NCBI RefSeq assembly: GCF_009914755.1 | Contig: NC_060929.1 | Source of the DNA: the human T2T-CHM13v2.0 reference genome, Homo sapiens | Length of the DNA stretch: 64,000 nt | Direction: 5' to 3' (one strand) | Shown: positions 57,491 to 64,000 of the stretch, one piece after another | Layout: the number at the start of each line of letters is the position of its first letter | Numbering within the stretch: the first letter of the stretch is position 1 | Position numbers and translations under genes: made by a program | The notes under the pieces: model-generated | Seen by the model: the letters and a program-made list of their open reading frames with translations, nothing else | The model's database searches: none | Told to the model about the DNA's origin: nothing

Positions 57491-59839
57491 TTGACTTTCT
57501 TGGTTAAGAATATGTTTAATTAAATATCATATAGTTGAAAAGAACATTTGTCTCTAGCACTTAGATTGCCATCATAGAGATGTTTTCATCTGTAAGAACT
57601 ATGAGCAAGCTCTCTATGTTCTTAGTTATTCGGGTAAAATGTATAGTGCTAAGGACTTCTTTTCAAATTCTCATTTTATTGATATCAATCTGTAAGCAGA
57701 AGCTTCAAAGTCTAGATAAGTTTTATAAAAATTAAAATATTTTTTTCTTGGGCCAAATCATCTGTGACTTAAATAGATTCATGATAGAAAAACAAAACAA
57801 AATAAAACAAAACGGGTGAATTGTAATAGTTTGTAAGCAGATCATTCAGTTCACCATAATGTTCCACTAGGGAAAAAACTTGGGGAGCAAACTGACATTG
57901 ACAGCTCCATCATTCCTATGAGGGTAGTCAGGTGATGGTACAGGGCGTCTGCTTAGGAAAAGAACATGGAAATGGGTTCCAGAACTTAAGTTGGTTTTAT
58001 ATGTGGGCCTGAGAGTGGACACCCCTGCTACTTAAAAGCCGAGGTCATGCCCCTGACAGGACATTTTCTCATCGAAACAGTCTCCTATACCAAGCAACAT
58101 TTTTAGTAAGACTTTAGGACTTATCTTTGATAGATTAATATGAGCTAGAGGTCCCAAATGGATATAAAATTATGATTGAATTGACTCAAACTATAAAATT
58201 TCATATTTGAAAATGTGTGAAATGTGATGATTATGACTCTTTTTTGAACTATGTGTGGCACGTGTGTAACTTTTTGATTTGTAGTTAAAGCTGACAAGAC
58301 TTTAATCAATAGCATCTTTATTAGTGGTACCCAAAGAATTGTTATACAAATTGATACCATTAGGGATCTTTCTTTCTACATATGACATTATATTTAAAGG
58401 ATACAAACAAATATTTTTTTCATCTCATACTGTTAATTCAATGCTTCAGTTCATTTCAGTCCAACACACATCGGATAAATGCTCCCTCCCTGAAAATTCT
58501 CTACCCGTTAACTAACATTGTGATCAAGTCATAAATTAATCAGGCAGTTTATTCACCCCACTGCTGCAGTCATTCTCCAGTAGCAACTTGGACGCTTCAG
58601 AGAGTAAGTTGACTATGGAAGTGCACAAAATGGCATCTTAATGACCTGAAAGAGCTAATATAGTTCTGTAAGTGCCTAGCTAAATATCACAGAGTGACTT
58701 GGACGCTGGGGAGCGAATGGCTCATTATTCCACTCTGCTGAGCTAAATCATTTGGTTCTCTCTATTTGCTGTTGGCATTTCTCTTTTCCTTTCTCTGCTC
58801 ATGCATAAAGGATATTGATTTAAATAAAAGATACTGTAAACATGCACTTTGTTAGGGAAGTCTGACTATGCAAGTATAATTTCAAAGGTCAGAGTTCTCC
58901 CCATGCTTGATTTACATTAATTTGTGCTTGAAGAAAATGTCTACTTGAGTAAATAAATTTTTAAAAAATTTGATTCACATATTGTTCTGTGTTCTTTTAT
59001 CATGTTCTCCCAGAAGTGATCAAAGAGGAAAATCATATTTACTGGAAAACCTCATACTTGGAATCAGCTCAATATAGTACAATAGATTAAACCTCTGGGA
59101 AAAATAAGGAGCCTGAAATTTAAGTTTGTCTGAAAGAATCTGGAACTCTTCCTAAAATGTCTTGCCACAGTGAAGTAAACCGCTTTTATTTTTAAAGATT
59201 ATTTTACGGCTTTCTAGGACAACACACTTTTTTAGTTCCACAAGAAATGTTAAAGGTGTATCTTTACTGACATGCGAAAACTGACAAAAATAAAAATAAA
59301 ATGATATAAATATGGCCTGTATATTGCAAAAATGCCAAATAATGTAATGCATTTTACTCCAACAAAAATTGCCTTTCAATGCCATTGTTTTTGCACATAA
59401 ATTCACTTTTCAGGGCTGATTTGCTCATATTAAAAAGTTCTGCCATCAATAAGATTAATAAACATTAGCTTAGAGGGCTGTTCCTCCATTTTCAATTGTT
59501 TATTTAGCATTTTATTACTTTAGTTACTCTGTAGAGCCAAAAGATAAATGTGAATTAAATCTTTGTAAGCTAATGACCAAATATAGTTGACAACAGTGAC
59601 ATAAGCACACAATTTATTAATTAGGCAGTATCATATATACATATTTTTAATCTGGGTGGGTTTTTTTTTTTTGGTTTGTGTGTTTTTGCCAGACAGATTT
59701 GTTTCCAATTTACAGCTTTATGTTTTATTAGATAAATTGTGAAATGGGGATAATCATTTCTACCTGAAAAATTGTTGGGAAAATTACTGATAATAATGGT
59801 GACCAGTCAGTGATCATTTTATTGTGCTCACTCTTCCTG

Positions 59840-60010
59840 CAACATGCTAAGTACCACATTGTTTTGTTTTAACCTTACGACAAAACTTCGAAGTAGATAG
59901 CAAGATTGTTATACTTACAGATGAAAAATTGAAGTCAAGTGATGTAATATTCAAGACCACATCGCTATGAAATTGCAGAACCAGGAAGGGAATTTTCCCA
60001 GTCTGACTCT
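59840..60010 (-). mobile_element. MIR SINE
   Basis: TTACAGATGAAAAATTGAAG..CAAGACCACA..CCCAGTCTGACTC. Confidence 0.65.
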
Positions 60011-61643
60011 CAAAAGAAAAAGAAAAAGGAAAAAGAAAAAAGAGCTTAACCACTGAATTGAGTTGTTGCTAACTCTGGCTGTGAGTAATGTTTTTAAAGA
60101 ACATAGACTGTTGCCTGGACTCTGATCTGATAGGAGCTCAGTAATTAGTAGCTATAATTAAACATCATTATTGTTTTAATATTTAATAAAAGTCACCTTA
60201 ATTATTGAGAATTTAAAATTATTGCTGGAATTAGTGAGGTTTTACTTGTCTTGGTAATTGTAATTCTAGACCTACCATCAGCTTACGTTGTTGCATTACA
60301 ATATTTCTGATAGCATGAGTTTTTCTGTGCTTGAATTCGAACTGTAAGCCCAATACTTGTTTCACTCTCAAATCCTCTGGAATTATAAATACTTTTGACA
60401 GATTTATAGTCATTAAGTTGTCAGATGTGAATACAGAATACAGAATCAATTCTATATCTGTTTTAGGCACATGTGGGTCATTTGTTTACTACTCCATTCC
60501 CATAAGATTTAGGCTTCCAGTGCCTAGTTCATAAAACTTTCTTTCATTCACTTGAATTATTCCCCATACCCCAATTTACATCCCTTCACCTCTGCTTCTT
60601 CTTTTTTATTTACTCCATACTCATTTTCCCCCATAAAACTGTTATAGTGCAGAACATACATAGTACAACTTTTATGTCACTCTACATATAACTTTACTAT
60701 TTGCCTCTGTCTCTAGATGTTGCTAAAATCCTCAATAATGTTTCCCAGGAGGAGAATCCTAGAGGCAGGTAGTTCATATAAAGTGCTTTCTGCATACACT
60801 TAACTATTACTCAGACATTTGTAGTAGTTTTGTTTTAAGGTGAGCATAGTCCTTTTTTGTTTCATGGTATGGGTCATTTTTTCTTCATAAATGCTGAAAG
60901 TGTTGTGCTCAGGTACGGAATTATGATGAAGCCTTGTAAACTCGAGGTGTACCTGATATTTTCAAGTGAAGGAAAGCAATTCTGACCTAGAAGTAGACCT
61001 GGCCATCTTTTTAAGAGTAAAATGAATAGTTGTTGCTAGTTATGCTGCTCTTTAAATTATCATATCTTGAATTATATTTTTTGGAATAGAGGGCTGGGAA
61101 CAAAGATCAAAAAGACTATTTAATTTCTATGAGGGCATTATTCTGTCATTAGGTGCTATAGACCAGAAGGTGTTTATTCATGCCTAAGAAATGTAATAGG
61201 CTAAAATGTATATATGTATGTGTGTATATATATGTAGAGTTTTGTATATATTTGTATATATATACATGTATTATATATAATGTGTGTCTATATGTACAGA
61301 CACATAAAATCGCATGAATTCTAAAGTGGTACTTACATTTATACAAATAATATACTATATGTATTATATATTATAGAGTATGTCATGTAATTCAGTCAAA
61401 TAATTCCTTTTATTTACAAAAACTAGATATTTAACTATATTTTTATTTGCCTTCAATTATATGGTAAAAGCTCTAGTTTCACATTTCCCTGTGGGTGTGT
61501 GTCTGTGTGTGTGCATCTATAGAGTTAATGTATTTAATGTAATAAAGAGTTTTGCTATTTCATCTTTTCAATGGTATTATGTATTTTTAATGTTCATTAT
61601 GATGTCAAGTAATTTATCTCTCACTTTAAAAGAGAGTACCTGA

Positions 61644-62002
<359 letters not shown>

Positions 62003-62039
62003 CATTATTTCTATTTTTTAAGTTTAACAAAGTCAAATA

Positions 62040-62313
62040 GGAAGTCAAATACTGCATGTCCTCACTTCTAAGTGGGAGCTAAATAATGCGTACACAAGCA
62101 CATAGAGAGTGGAATTACAGACATTAGAGACAGAAGAAATGGGAGGGTGGGAGGAAGGGTGAGGCCTGAGAAATTACCTAAAGGGTACAATGTACACTAT
62201 TTTTGAGTGGTGATTACACTATAACACCCAGACTTCACCACAGCAAGATATATCCATGTAACAATACTACACTTGTACCCCCTAAATCTATAAAAATAAA
62301 ACTGAAAAAAAAA
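62040..62313 (+). mobile_element. L1PB-type 3' end
   Basis: TACTGCATGTCCTCACTT..AAGTGGGAGCTAA..GGGTACAATGTACACTAT..CCCAGACTTCACCAC..CACTTGTACCCCCTAAATCTATAAAAATAAA and A tail. Confidence 0.9.
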
Positions 62314-63199
62314 ACACAGAATCGTATAACTTTAGAGTTGCAGTGAATCGGAATAGAAATAGGTTATTAAATCAGACTCTTCATTTTACATGATATTTAA
62401 AACTGAGGTGTGTGGGTATGTTTATGTTTTCATAAATGAATAATTAAAACAAAACGCTTGATACTGAAGTGTTGGGGTTTTTGAGCGTCTTTTTTAACTC
62501 TTAGGATTTTCTGTGACATTCTAACTAGGAAGGAAAAATTATCCATTACTTGGTTTTCAAATTCCTTTTAAAAATTTTATAACAGCATCACTTTCTGGGA
62601 AAGCGTCTCCTAAAATGGCCTGAGGTAACCTCTATGGGATAATGGTTTATAAATACATTTTAGTTAGTTCGGTTGTAATTAGTGACACATGAGTGAAGAA
62701 CCATATTTTAAGTTCATGGATACTGAGCTTAGTGAATGATGTTTTGCTTTATAAGAGTCTGTTGGGGGCCATTATGAATAATGATGAGGAAAGAATGTAT
62801 ATTTGCATCTATAGTGCATGCCCCACGGCAGCAAGGCCTTGAGAAACCTCACTGTCCAGGTTCCATTGCCTGAGTGGCATTGCAGACTACCCTCCCCAGC
62901 AGAGCAAAGCTGCAATCAGTGTGTTGCTGCGAGGATCATTACCTTTTTGACACCACTTTTATTGCTTCTTTCATCCTAAATTTCTTTGAGGATGAGTTTT
63001 ATTCATTCTATAACTATAATACATCTAGTTTTGACATCTTTTATCAGTAATTACAAAAGAATCAGTAGCATGGAATTTGAAGCAATTCAGATATTTTCTA
63101 ACTCAACTGTGTCTCTTGCTTATGTAGAGCTTTTGATATGAAACACGACAAGCAAACTTTCCTGTTTTGTACAGTGAGGATCAGGGACAGAGAATTTGC

Positions 63200-63465
63200 T
63201 CAAAATCTCCTAATTCAAGACAACCTTTGCACATTCTTTCTAAACCAACAACATCCTCATCTTTCTCTATTTCTTTTTTCTACTTTGTGTTCCTTCTAGC
63301 ATGTGTCACTCCTTGACATTATAATATTTAATTATTATTTCACTCTCTGTATACTCAATAGAATGTAAGTTTTATGACAATAAAATTTTTATCTATTTTC
63401 TTCACCAATGACTCTTTAGTGCCAGAAATCTGTCTGGCATATTTTTACTGGATGAATGAATGACT
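63200..63465 (+). mobile_element. L2 3' fragment
   Basis: TAGAATGTAAG..TCTATTTTCTTCAC..AGTGCC..TGTCTGGCA..GATGAATGAATGA tail. Confidence 0.7.
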
Positions 63466-64000
63466 GGATTCTGAATATGAGAACTTTGAAACTTTGAAGC
63501 TTATATACATTTAGTATATATATGTAATCACTTTATAGATTGACAGTTCCAGGGCAGTAGGCTACAGCATTCATCCCGTACTAATTCTGACTATGTTCTA
63601 GGTTTTAGGATATGGGAAGATGAATAAGATAGAATCCCTGCCCATATAGAACTTATCAACTCATAGAACTTTATAGTAATCTAATTTTCTGGGGCTGGGC
63701 TTAAAAACGGTAACAGTAGAAGTGCTTCTTTTGGTTATAGAAAGTGTAGGATGCTGAATTCGAATGTCGTGAAACATACCTACAGTAAATCCCAGAAGAG
63801 AGTTAGTCTTAGGAGTTAAGCCACTGTTCATATCAGACATGAATGAATGCAATATTAGCATATTAGCAAGGGGTGGTAATTTATTCACCCAATAGCACTT
63901 ATGATAACAGTTTTTATTAAAACTATCGATTGAACCTAATGTGTTCTTTGTATGTCAACATATATTTATATCTGCAAATTACCTAGAAGGGAGCACAGGA

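Overview
This window is primate (human-like) non-coding genomic DNA. It is AT-rich and dominated by interspersed repeats: about 16 Alus (J/S/Y types), L1 3' fragments, L2 and MIR relics, MaLR LTRs (MST, THE1, MLT1), and DNA-transposon fossils (full-length Tigger1, Charlie1a with perfect TSDs, MER44A, MER97-like). I can support no intact protein-coding gene. The only recognisable cellular-gene homology is a 5'-truncated, disabled, intronless ZP3 retrocopy on the minus strand (~43633-44259), whose C-terminus looks more ancestral than human ZP3. The most unusual structure is a ~620 bp complex templated insertion that splits one Alu (4411-5323). It is built from local donor segments ~3 kb upstream (one direct, one inverted, and probably a third short inverted piece), with a fold-back hairpin at one junction, and reads as a fossil of template-switching break repair. 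Other signals are a perfect 101-bp tandem duplication, several fold-back palindromes, an LTR fragment apparently captured without its termini, and a three-armed Alu. I see no evidence for a novel coding system. Repeat subfamily names come from recalled consensus motifs, not from a search.
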